From Promethearchaeia archaeon (lineage in GTDB: Archaea; Asgardarchaeota; Lokiarchaeia; Sigyniarchaeales; SOKP01): a stretch of DNA of 64,000 nucleotides. Below are positions 49,626-58,395 of the stretch, one piece after another; positions within the stretch are counted from its first letter, which is position 1; each line of letters opens with the position of its first letter. The notes beneath the pieces were generated by a model that had not been told where the DNA came from, searched no databases, and was given only the letters and a program-made list of their open reading frames with translations. The translations under genes were made by a program, and so were the position numbers. The DNA lies in contig JAWOFX010000078.1 of NCBI GenBank assembly GCA_046497275.1, positions 3,024-67,023 on the forward strand, given 5' to 3'.

Positions 49626-51287
49626 TTATATTATTATAACACTCAAAATTGTAGAAATCACACCAACACTAAGTAGAAGGGAATTTAATTTTTTAAATAA
49701 TGGATATTCATCACGAATTTCTCTAGGATTAGTAGACATTGTATATCCGCTAAAAGACATTGTAGTGAAGAACCCAATCCATAGAAAAAAGAATAAATTC
49801 AAAAAAATATACAATAAAGACAATCTAAGGAACCATGTGATTATTCCAAGGAATATTGTATTAATAATTCCGAAAAATAAACTTTTCACAATAAAATTAC
49901 GTGTAAATTGAGATAGTGGATAAAGTAATGTTAATATTAGGTTTGGAAAGAGTATCCAAATTAGGAGATCTCCAACCATCCAAGTTTTATTGATTACATT
50001 AATAATATCTAGTGCCAAAAATGATATGAAAAGAGTTAATAGGGGAAAAAAGAAAACTTTTCTCATTAGAAATGTAGTATGGGTTATTCCTGCACTTATT
50101 CTATGTTGTAAAGTAAATCTTGCTCTTTTCATTTTTTGAGGTTTTTTATTTGGTCGCTTTGTTAGATATTCCTTTAAATATTTTGACCAAACAGGTCCAT
50201 ATTTTACCTTAAATGGGAATTTTTCAGACATCTCTGGAAGATTAGGTTTTGAAACACCTCCAGCAGAGAGTTGTGGTAAGATGATAGTTCTATTCTCAGT
50301 GAATTGTCGCAAAACAGTTGCTTCAACAGCTTCAACTAATTGCGTATTACCAAAATCATTACCTCTTGCAGCACACCATACATTTATCCCATTAGAATCA
50401 AGGGATAAAACCCAAGCATCTATATCTTCCAAGTCCCTCATAACTTTTATAAAAGTATAGACATAATTAGCCGTGGCTATAATAGGAGATTTTGCATCTG
50501 GGTCCCCCGATTTATATAATCCTGGTTCAACTGAGATATTATCAACTTGTCCAGTTAATAAACATCTCCAGATTTTTAATTGAGAAGAAAAACCCTTTAT
50601 TTTAGGTTTTTCAGGGCTATAATAACCGGGTTTAGAATTTGGTCTTGAATTTTTTACTAACTCTATTACTCTAATTGATCCGTGAATCCATTCCTCGTTA
50701 TCGACAATTTTAAAGCCAATAGGTTCTAAATAATCATAAAAATGTTCTAAAGGTTTAGACTTATCTATATTAAGCCTTTTCAATTTTTTGCCATAAAACC
50801 ATCTTTTAACCTTAAAAGGAATTTTCCATATTCCAGAAGGGACAAATTCTGCGGCAATTATTAATCGACCCCCAGTTTTTAAAGCTTTCCAAGAATTACG
50901 AAGGAAGATTTGTTGCTCTAAAGGTCTTAATTCAGATAACATAAAAGTGCTAATTACAAGATCTTGAGATTTATCAGGAACATTTAGACTCTTTATTGTA
51001 CCTATTTGATATATTAATTCTATGTTATCTTTTTCGGGGATGTTTTTCATAGCATAACTAATCATCTGATAATTTTTATCAATCGCTATTACTTTACAAC
51101 CTTTTAAAGCCATTTTTGATGCGAGGGATCCCGTACCACATCCTACTTCCAGAATTGACTGATCTGGTGCAGTTTTATCTAAAATCCAATTATGAACTTC
51201 TAGGTTAATTCCTTGAGTTAGAGATTTAAATTTTGAATCATAACTCTCAGGTTGTTGCTCCAATTTTAACATGTAGGTAACAGCCAT
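49626..51287 (-). CDS. hgcA: class I SAM methyltransferase fused to an HgcA-like corrinoid-binding domain and C-terminal TM domain
   Basis: aa 1-~215 carry MTase motif I ILEVGCGTGSLA, post-I AIDKN, and GGRLII. aa ~250-400 read VEPGLYKSGDPDAKSPIIATANY...DAWVLSLDSNGINVWCAARGNDFG...IILPQLSAGGVS...KYGPV, collinear with HgcA. The last ~150 aa form 4-5 TM helices. Confidence 0.75.
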   Translation of the reverse strand: MAVTYMLKLEQQPESYDSKFKSLTQGINLEVHNWILDKTAPDQSILEVGCGTGSLASKMALKGCKVIAIDKNYQMISYAMKNIPEKDNIELIYQIGTIKSLNVPDKSQDLVISTFMLSELRPLEQQIFLRNSWKALKTGGRLIIAAEFVPSGIWKIPFKVKRWFYGKKLKRLNIDKSKPLEHFYDYLEPIGFKIVDNEEWIHGSIRVIELVKNSRPNSKPGYYSPEKPKIKGFSSQLKIWRCLLTGQVDNISVEPGLYKSGDPDAKSPIIATANYVYTFIKVMRDLEDIDAWVLSLDSNGINVWCAARGNDFGNTQLVEAVEATVLRQFTENRTIILPQLSAGGVSKPNLPEMSEKFPFKVKYGPVWSKYLKEYLTKRPNKKPQKMKRARFTLQHRISAGITHTTFLMRKVFFFPLLTLFISFLALDIINVINKTWMVGDLLIWILFPNLILTLLYPLSQFTRNFIVKSLFFGIINTIFLGIITWFLRLSLLYIFLNLFFFLWIGFFTTMSFSGYTMSTNPREIRDEYPLFKKLNSLLLSVGVISTILSVIII

Positions 51288-51604
51288 TTTTCATACCTCT
51301 TTAAGAATATAAACTAAATCTTTTTTACTTTCCAGAATCCTTTTTTTCCAAGAAATCGTCCTAAATATATAATTGAAAGTATAATGGGAATTTCTCAAAA
51401 TAATACTTTTGATTTGCAGATTCTAAATTTACTTTTAGTTGTCTAAGCTTCATAATAAGTGAATTTTATTTTAGATTTAAACCTATCGATTTGGACTCAT
51501 TAACCCCAATCTGAAATATTTTATAATTAATTTTAATTACTATATATGAATAGAGAAAACAAGGATGGTGAAACAATATTAATAAAGAGAGAAAAATTGA
51601 ACTT

Positions 51605-51982
51605 ATGGATACATTAAAAAGTTGTGTAGATTTGAAGGGTGTTAATATGTCCGAATATTTCAATGAACTAAAAGAATTCGGAAATTCCCTTACTTACAAA
51701 AAGGAATTTCGAGAGATATTAGAGTTTTGTAATACTCTAGGTAATGAAGAGAGATTAAAAATCATTGAGAGCCTTAATAAACAAGATCATTGCGTATGTG
51801 AGTTAGAAGTAATTTTAGGTAAATCCCAATCAACAGTTTCCCATCATTTACGAGAATTGGAAAAGATTGACCTCATTAGAGGATGGAAAAAAGGGAAATT
51901 CACTCATTATGTTATAATACAAGAAAAATTGGATTATTATTTGAATTTAATTTGTCAAAAATATAGAAAAACCGATTCTTAA
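51605..51982 (+). CDS. arsR: ArsR/SmtB-family metalloregulator
   Basis: LGNEERLKIIESL..QDHCVCELEVIL..STVSHHLRELE (CVC site). Divergent from the hgcA-like gene. The true start may be the internal ATG at 51647 (MSEYF...). Confidence 0.8.
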   Translation: MDTLKSCVDLKGVNMSEYFNELKEFGNSLTYKKEFREILEFCNTLGNEERLKIIESLNKQDHCVCELEVILGKSQSTVSHHLRELEKIDLIRGWKKGKFTHYVIIQEKLDYYLNLICQKYRKTDS

Positions 51983-52049
51983 AATTGCGCATTCAATTTC
52001 ACAAATATGTGAAGAACTATAAATTACTATTTGTTCGCAATTAATATAA

Positions 52050-52424
52050 TTAAAAATTTAATAAATTTAAAATTACTAAGCTAACAGAAGTGAAAAGAAT
52101 TATTCCAAACATCAGAACAAATACCCACTGTTTTTTTTGTCCGTAATATCCTGCTGAATTGATGACTGCATAAATTACTAATCCCATAGCGAGAATGAAA
52201 AATGTAGATGCCCAAGAGAGTCTAATAAGAAGAAGAATTCCACTGAGTAGAGAAAGAATCCCCATAGACATTTCAGCAGTTATATGAAATCTTATTTCTA
52301 TACTTTGTGTTTTTAATTCTGGTACCTGATTTGTTAGAAGCAACATTGCCCAAAGCCCTATAATTCCTATCCCAATGATTATTGCATATATTCCACTAAT
52401 TATTTGAAGAACGATTTTTCTCAC
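52050..52424 (-). CDS. small integral membrane protein (4 TM)
   Basis: Hydrophobic 124-aa ORF. Confidence 0.5.
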   Translation of the reverse strand: MRKIVLQIISGIYAIIIGIGIIGLWAMLLLTNQVPELKTQSIEIRFHITAEMSMGILSLLSGILLLIRLSWASTFFILAMGLVIYAVINSAGYYGQKKQWVFVLMFGIILFTSVSLVILNLLNF

Positions 52425-52615
52425 ATTTTTACGTTTTATGACTAGGAATAATAAAGTCTAGTTTAATAAAAAAATTTCTTATATATATTTAAACATTAAT
52501 TCAAGGGTTATATTCAATAGAGATATGAATTTAATTATAATTTTCATTCAAGATTCAGAAAATATAAAGAAAAAACAAGATAAATAAAATAAGTTATTTC
52601 TCTTTTATTTAGTGC

Positions 52616-52714
52616 TTAAGTTAAACCATATTTAATGAGAATTATTATTATAACAACAACAACTAAAATTAACACTCCAATAAATATCCAAAAGGGATCC
52701 AATTTTTTTTTCAT
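52616..52714 (-). CDS. possible 32-aa single-TM peptide, not in the ORF track
   Basis: My own translation gives MKKKLDPFWIFIGVLILVVVVIIIILIKYGLT. There is no further support. Confidence 0.2.
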   Translation of the reverse strand: MKKKLDPFWIFIGVLILVVVVIIIILIKYGLT

Positions 52715-52987
52715 CTCTAATTGATTTCTATGTTATCAATATTAAAATTGAATATTTATACTTTTTTAATAATATCTATCTGGTCAAAAAAGGTTATTTA
52801 ATATTATATTCAAAAATTTCAATATAATTTTCACTATCCTTGGTGATTTTTTTAAATTCTTTTCTGGTAATTAATATTTTAGTGGTCCCTTTCTTTTTAT
52901 AATCTAGGCTCAGAATACATTTATTATGATGGATTTCCATTAAATTAATGTGGAAACCAATATTAATAATACTCAGGAGATAGTAAT

Positions 52988-54253
52988 ATGAGCGATTTTA
53001 ATCAAAATAATAACTTTTCAACATATTTGAAAGTGATAAATCCGTCAGAAATTCACATTAATAAAGAAGATATATTTTATCGTGAAAAATATAAAGAAAT
53101 TATAAATTACTTAAAATTGATTTTAACAGAGTCAAAAGACTTAGAAATTTTTAATTATTTCAATCCAAAAGGTTTATTATTTATTCAAACTAGTCCTGGG
53201 ATCGACTTAATAGACTATCTAAAGTTGATTTGCTCAAATTTTTACATTTATTATGTACAGTTAAGAGAATCTATTATCAATGAGGATCCAACTGGATTTT
53301 TCAATAATTTTCCAACAATATTGAATCAAATCGATGAAATCTTAAAATCGAAAATTAAAAGTCAAACGAAAACTGTGAAAGATCAACAAGATAAAAATTT
53401 AGAATATAATACTGAAAAATTAATAGTGATTAATCAAAATGAGAGACTTACACAGAATTTAGGAGATCAAAATTTATTGAATAAATTTCTCTCCTATTAT
53501 CAAGAAGAGGAAAATCTGAAAGTTTTGCTCGAAAATAAAATTATCATAATATGGATTAATTATGATTATAAAGGAGTATTAACCCATTCAGAGCAATTAT
53601 ATAACATTTTTGATTATGTAATTAGGGTTCCTATACTAAATAAAACCGAACGACAGCAAGTTTTTAGAGAGTTTATGGAAAATAATCCTAAAATCTCATT
53701 TGATATCAATCAATTAGTTGAACTTACTGAAAATTGGGAAGTAAAAGAAATTGATAATTTGCTTAGATTAGCAATTTTAAAACATCATTTTAATTCTGAA
53801 CTAAATACAACCAGTAACGAGATCACAGATAGCATAATAGATTTGATTGAAACTGGAGAATTTATCCCCTATTTTAAGAAGAAAGAACTGAAATATAAAG
53901 AAGATAAGGAAGAAATCTCCTATAAGGAAGTAGGGGGAAAAACAAAAATACCAAACCAAATTATCGAGACAAAAATAAATGATGGCACTAAAGATATTAT
54001 TAATCAAATTGAATCTGAAAAATATTCTGATTTTATGTTAAACCAATTATATGAAAATGCCGCTTCAGAAAATTATAATGAATTAATATTGATTATAGAT
54101 AAATTAGATAAAAAGGAACCTCTCGAAGAGAATGATAGAAAAATATTGTCGAAATTTCCATTCATTCTAAGTTCTTCTCCTTCTAAAGCACAAATACTTT
54201 TAGAAAAAGCAAAAAAAAGGATTGATATGATTACCAAATCTTTTGGAAAATGA
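52988..54253 (+). CDS. degenerate (probably catalytically dead) classic-clade AAA+ domain protein
   Basis: NPKGLLFIQTSPGIDLIDYLKLI aligns with P.KG.LLyGPPGTGKT.LAKA., but the GK[ST] is lost. IIIIWINYDY stands in place of the Walker B hhhhDE. FDYVIRVPILNKTERQQVF parallels RFD..i.i.lP....R..il. It has a lid-like ENWEVKEIDNLLRLAILKH. Confidence 0.6.
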   Translation: MSDFNQNNNFSTYLKVINPSEIHINKEDIFYREKYKEIINYLKLILTESKDLEIFNYFNPKGLLFIQTSPGIDLIDYLKLICSNFYIYYVQLRESIINEDPTGFFNNFPTILNQIDEILKSKIKSQTKTVKDQQDKNLEYNTEKLIVINQNERLTQNLGDQNLLNKFLSYYQEEENLKVLLENKIIIIWINYDYKGVLTHSEQLYNIFDYVIRVPILNKTERQQVFREFMENNPKISFDINQLVELTENWEVKEIDNLLRLAILKHHFNSELNTTSNEITDSIIDLIETGEFIPYFKKKELKYKEDKEEISYKEVGGKTKIPNQIIETKINDGTKDIINQIESEKYSDFMLNQLYENAASENYNELILIIDKLDKKEPLEENDRKILSKFPFILSSSPSKAQILLEKAKKRIDMITKSFGK

Positions 54254-54271
54254 GTTGAGTGTTGAAATTAA

Positions 54272-57200
54272 ATGAGTGATGATAAAAAAGATATTATTGG
54301 AAAAAAAGGATCAGATCCATTTTCGGAAAGACAGGTGCATATTCATAAAGTTATATTGGAGAATTTTCTTTCATTTAGGAAGGATGAGGTGGAGTTTAAT
54401 GATAATAAGTTTATCATCATCGTGGGACCCAATTGGAGTGGTAAAAGTTCAATCTATCAATCAATTAAGTTCGTTCTTGGAAGCAATGAACGGGATGAGA
54501 GATATCCGAAATGGTCTGATTTTATTAGATTTGGGCAAGACCATGCCATGGTTGAAATACATATTAAAGATAATTCAGATTTATTAAAAATTAGAAGAAC
54601 CGTCCTTAAAGGACACTCACCTTTTTTTGAACTACAAAGAGGAGGAGAAAAAGATTTTAAGAAGGTAAGAGCAAGTGAGGTTCAAGATTTAGTATCAGAA
54701 TTAAACTATAATCCTGATAATCAGTTTGCATTTGTTAGTCAAGGGAAAATCGATTCTATTAAAGATTTGAAACCAACGGAATTATGTACATTTCTTGAAG
54801 AGGGCATTGGATTAATTGGCATGCGACAAGAAATTTTACAGAAAAAGAATGAAATCGAATCTTTAAAGTATGAATTGCAATCAATAAATACCAAAAAGAA
54901 TTCCTTAAATATCAATTTAGATCTCCTTAGACCAAAATTAGAGAGATTAAAAGAAAAAAACAAATTATTAAAGAAAAAGAGGAAGTTTGAAGATGAGCTT
55001 TTATGGGCGAATCGTCAAAAACTTCTCTTAGAAATAGTAGAATTAACAGATGAAGTCAAAAATTTGAATTCTTTGATTAAAAAAATAGGAAAACAAAAAC
55101 AAGAAAACCTAGATAAAGCAGACTTTTTATCAAGAGAAATTGAAGAACTAGAAGATAAAATAAACGAGTTCTCTAAAAATCTTGGTCAAGAAGAATATAA
55201 GAAGCAAGATTTAGTTGGAAAAATTAAGAAATGGCAAAATGCAAAAGTTGATATGAAAAAAGAACTTGATGACCTTTCTACCAAGATCAAAGCTCAGAAT
55301 AAAAAGTTAGAAAATCTGAAAAGCCAGAAAGACAGTATTGAGGCAAATTTAAACACAATTAAGAGAGATTTAAATAAAATTGAGAAAAATATTGAAGATC
55401 TGATTCAAGAACAAGCAGAATTATCAACAAAAATTGAAGAAAATAAAGCATTTTTAGAAAAATATAACAAATTATCATCAGACAAAGAGGAAAAGCAAAA
55501 TCAAATTCAAGAAAATAAGACTATAATAAACGATATAGTAAATCAAATTAATCAATTATTTCAAAGTTTTAAAGATATAAAGCATAAACTGGAAAAAAAT
55601 AAATGGTTTTTAGAAAACCCTACTAAGAATTTATTAAAAGAGTTGGATGTAGAGTTAGAAAAAGTTTCCTCTGAATTATTTGATATTGAGGAAGATTTAA
55701 AGAGATTAGAGCATGAAAAATCTCGCAAGATGGATGATTTTCGCCGTTTAAGAGGATCTTTAGATGAGAGAAGAATAGTACTTCCTACAAATATTAATAT
55801 ATTAAAAGATGAAATTCGAAAAAGAGATTTACAGGTAAAGGGTCCAATTATCGAATATATCAAATATGATGATAAACTGAGCTATGCTATAGAATCCGTT
55901 TTAGGGGAAAAATTACTTTATAGTTTTGTTGCATCTGATTGGGATACTTTAGATTTATTAAAAAGACTCAAAGAGAAATATAATGCATATTGCAATATTT
56001 ATTTAGCTAAATCTGAAAGTATAAAAGCATATAATAAATTTGAAGCAGAAGGTGTTATCGGTTATTTAGTAGAACTCATAAAAACAAATGACATTGAAAT
56101 TAAGAAAGTTATATATTCGAAGATAAAAAATTGTTTAGTTGTAAAAGATTATAGAAACGGGAAACAATTATATAATCGCTATTCATTTAAAGGGAAATGT
56201 GTAACATTAAAAGGAGAACAAATTATTTCATACAAATACGTATATGAAACACCCTACCGCAAACAATTAAAAGGATTATTAAGTGCGGGTACGCAAAAAG
56301 AACAAGCAGATAGATTAGAAAATGATATAAAAAACCTAAATGATCAAATTTCAGATTTAAAGGTAAATGCGTCTAAATTAGATGAAATTCAACAAGAGAT
56401 CTATAACAAAAAGAGTGCCTTTAACGATTTGCTTTATAATCTTAATCAAAAACAGAGAATCACCTCAAAGAAGAATCAATTATATGAACAGAAGGCTAAA
56501 TTAGAGGAGTTAAATTCCAGATTCTCAGAAGAAATCGAAAATATAGATATAGAGTTAAAAGAATTAGAAAAACAAAAATCCTCAGATTTTTTTAAATATA
56601 ACTCGCGATTAAAAGAGATCCCCAATTTATTAAAGAATCTAAATAAGGAGAAAAAAACTTGGAACCTAAAATTAATTGAGAGCAGTGAGATATTATCTGC
56701 TGTAAATGAAAAAATCAATAAAGTTTCAAATAAAGTTAATAATTTGAATTCGGAGTATAAGACTAAACAAGAAAATTTTCAAAAAGCAGATAGAGAAGCT
56801 TTTGAGATATATCGAGAGTTGGACAAAGTTGAGAATTCTATCAATGAATTAAATCAAGAAATTCAAGAATTTAAGTCTGAGAGGAAGCAAAAACTCTCTG
56901 ATAAAGCAATTTTAGATAAAAAAAAGATAGAAATTGAATTGAAAATTGAACAGGAAACCATTAATTTAAATCAAGCAAAACAAGAATTAAACTCCAAAAA
57001 TGAGGATTTAAAACGTATTGATACAGAAATAGGCGATAAGATAAAACAAAAGGAATTAAAACCAAGGGTTATTCAAGAAATAAAAGAGGATATCCTTGAA
57101 ATTGATAAAAAATTATTGCAATTTTTTGATGTTGATGATTCTATCTTAGTTGAGCGGGACCAAATTTTATCGTCCTTAAAAAAAATTGTTAAAAATCAAA

Positions 57201-57739
57201 AGGATTTGGAGGACGATGTCCAAGCAGCAATCGATACAGAAGATAAATTAGAAAGCACATATTATAAGAAATTTGAATCGGTTCTTGATGAATTGGAGGA
57301 TCGTATCAATAAGAAGTTTGAGGATTCTAATATTAATGTTTATTGTGCTTTAGAGTTAATAGGTGATTTTGAGGAATTAGGAGTTGATATCAAAGCTGCG
57401 ACTTCCAATAAGCCATTAATTTCTTGTACAGCTCTTAGTGGAGGCCAAGTATCAATGGTCTCGATAGCCCTCATCCTCTCATTACAGGAAATGGAGCCGT
57501 CACCTCTATGTATGTTTGATGAAGCAGCTATGTTTTTAGATGATAAAAATGCTGAGATTACTTATGAATTAATTAAATCAACTTTGGAACAGAATCCTAT
57601 TCAAATGTTAATGTTTCTTCCAAAATCTTCTAATGCTTTATATAGATTAGCTGAAAAATTAATTGGAGTAGCAAGAGTAGGTAAAGATGAGGTATCTACC
57701 ATATTCAATCCAAAAATAAAAAATCAAAAAAGTAAATGA
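54272..57739 (+). CDS. smc: SMC-family chromosome-organisation ATPase (divergent head motifs)
   Basis: 1155 aa. Walker A GPNWSGKSS. Two long Lys/Glu-rich coiled-coil arms. Central hinge-like globular block (VKGPIIEYIKYDDKLSYAIESVLGEKLLYSFVASDWDTLDLL). Signature LSGGQ, Walker B/D-loop LCMFDEAAMFLD. Confidence 0.85.
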   Translation: MSDDKKDIIGKKGSDPFSERQVHIHKVILENFLSFRKDEVEFNDNKFIIIVGPNWSGKSSIYQSIKFVLGSNERDERYPKWSDFIRFGQDHAMVEIHIKDNSDLLKIRRTVLKGHSPFFELQRGGEKDFKKVRASEVQDLVSELNYNPDNQFAFVSQGKIDSIKDLKPTELCTFLEEGIGLIGMRQEILQKKNEIESLKYELQSINTKKNSLNINLDLLRPKLERLKEKNKLLKKKRKFEDELLWANRQKLLLEIVELTDEVKNLNSLIKKIGKQKQENLDKADFLSREIEELEDKINEFSKNLGQEEYKKQDLVGKIKKWQNAKVDMKKELDDLSTKIKAQNKKLENLKSQKDSIEANLNTIKRDLNKIEKNIEDLIQEQAELSTKIEENKAFLEKYNKLSSDKEEKQNQIQENKTIINDIVNQINQLFQSFKDIKHKLEKNKWFLENPTKNLLKELDVELEKVSSELFDIEEDLKRLEHEKSRKMDDFRRLRGSLDERRIVLPTNINILKDEIRKRDLQVKGPIIEYIKYDDKLSYAIESVLGEKLLYSFVASDWDTLDLLKRLKEKYNAYCNIYLAKSESIKAYNKFEAEGVIGYLVELIKTNDIEIKKVIYSKIKNCLVVKDYRNGKQLYNRYSFKGKCVTLKGEQIISYKYVYETPYRKQLKGLLSAGTQKEQADRLENDIKNLNDQISDLKVNASKLDEIQQEIYNKKSAFNDLLYNLNQKQRITSKKNQLYEQKAKLEELNSRFSEEIENIDIELKELEKQKSSDFFKYNSRLKEIPNLLKNLNKEKKTWNLKLIESSEILSAVNEKINKVSNKVNNLNSEYKTKQENFQKADREAFEIYRELDKVENSINELNQEIQEFKSERKQKLSDKAILDKKKIEIELKIEQETINLNQAKQELNSKNEDLKRIDTEIGDKIKQKELKPRVIQEIKEDILEIDKKLLQFFDVDDSILVERDQILSSLKKIVKNQKDLEDDVQAAIDTEDKLESTYYKKFESVLDELEDRINKKFEDSNINVYCALELIGDFEELGVDIKAATSNKPLISCTALSGGQVSMVSIALILSLQEMEPSPLCMFDEAAMFLDDKNAEITYELIKSTLEQNPIQMLMFLPKSSNALYRLAEKLIGVARVGKDEVSTIFNPKIKNQKSK

Positions 57740-58395
57740 TAGATAATAAAGACTTTTCAGAACGTATTAGTCAAAAAATTAAGGAAATTTATGATAAAGT
57801 AATCACAGGAGAACTTTCTTTACTAGATTATGAGCTAGTTCCAATATTTAATGAATTAAAGGACTCTTTAAGTATTTCTAATATAAATAATTATTCTAAA
57901 ACGTATATAGAAGCATGTAATCTACTCGATACAAAATTTGAGGAATTAAAAGCATTGCTAAATTCTTTTGATGAAGAAAAACAATTTAAAGAATATATAG
58001 AATCCCAACCTTCTGATCAAGAAATTTTATATTTGTTTAATAATTGTTGGATAAAAACCTTTGATTTAAGTATACTTTCTTATGATTTTATAGAAGCTAG
58101 CAAGGAAAGACTAATTCATGAAAAATACAAACCCATTATTATTAAACATCTTAAGAAAGAAAAAAGCAATGATAAATTTATCTTAGAATTACCAAAGCAT
58201 AAATTCACAGAAAAAATGTTGGAATATTTCGATTCAATTAAAGATAAACTTCCATGCTCTTTCTATGAGATTTTTGATGAAGATCTCGATCAAATAGAAC
58301 TATATCAACAATTTGTATATATATTACACCTACTCCAATTAGGAAAAATACAATATCAAGCAGAAACAAATACACTCTATATTCTTGGTGATTAA
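57736..58395 (+). CDS. kleisin-like protein (ScpA-like C-terminal winged helix)
   Basis: ATGA start/stop overlap with smc. The C terminus FYEIFDEDLDQIELYQQFVYILHLLQLGKIQYQAETNTLYI matches the ScpA C-terminal WHD pattern. The N terminus is divergent. Confidence 0.55.
   Translation: MIDNKDFSERISQKIKEIYDKVITGELSLLDYELVPIFNELKDSLSISNINNYSKTYIEACNLLDTKFEELKALLNSFDEEKQFKEYIESQPSDQEILYLFNNCWIKTFDLSILSYDFIEASKERLIHEKYKPIIIKHLKKEKSNDKFILELPKHKFTEKMLEYFDSIKDKLPCSFYEIFDEDLDQIELYQQFVYILHLLQLGKIQYQAETNTLYILGD

Noticed and set aside
54272-57739. Calling the 1155-aa coiled-coil ATPase Rad50
   Set aside because: There is no CxxC zinc hook at the coiled-coil apex. Instead there is a ~120-aa globular hinge-like block. 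There is no Mre11 neighbour, and the downstream genes look like a kleisin and a WH (KITE) protein.
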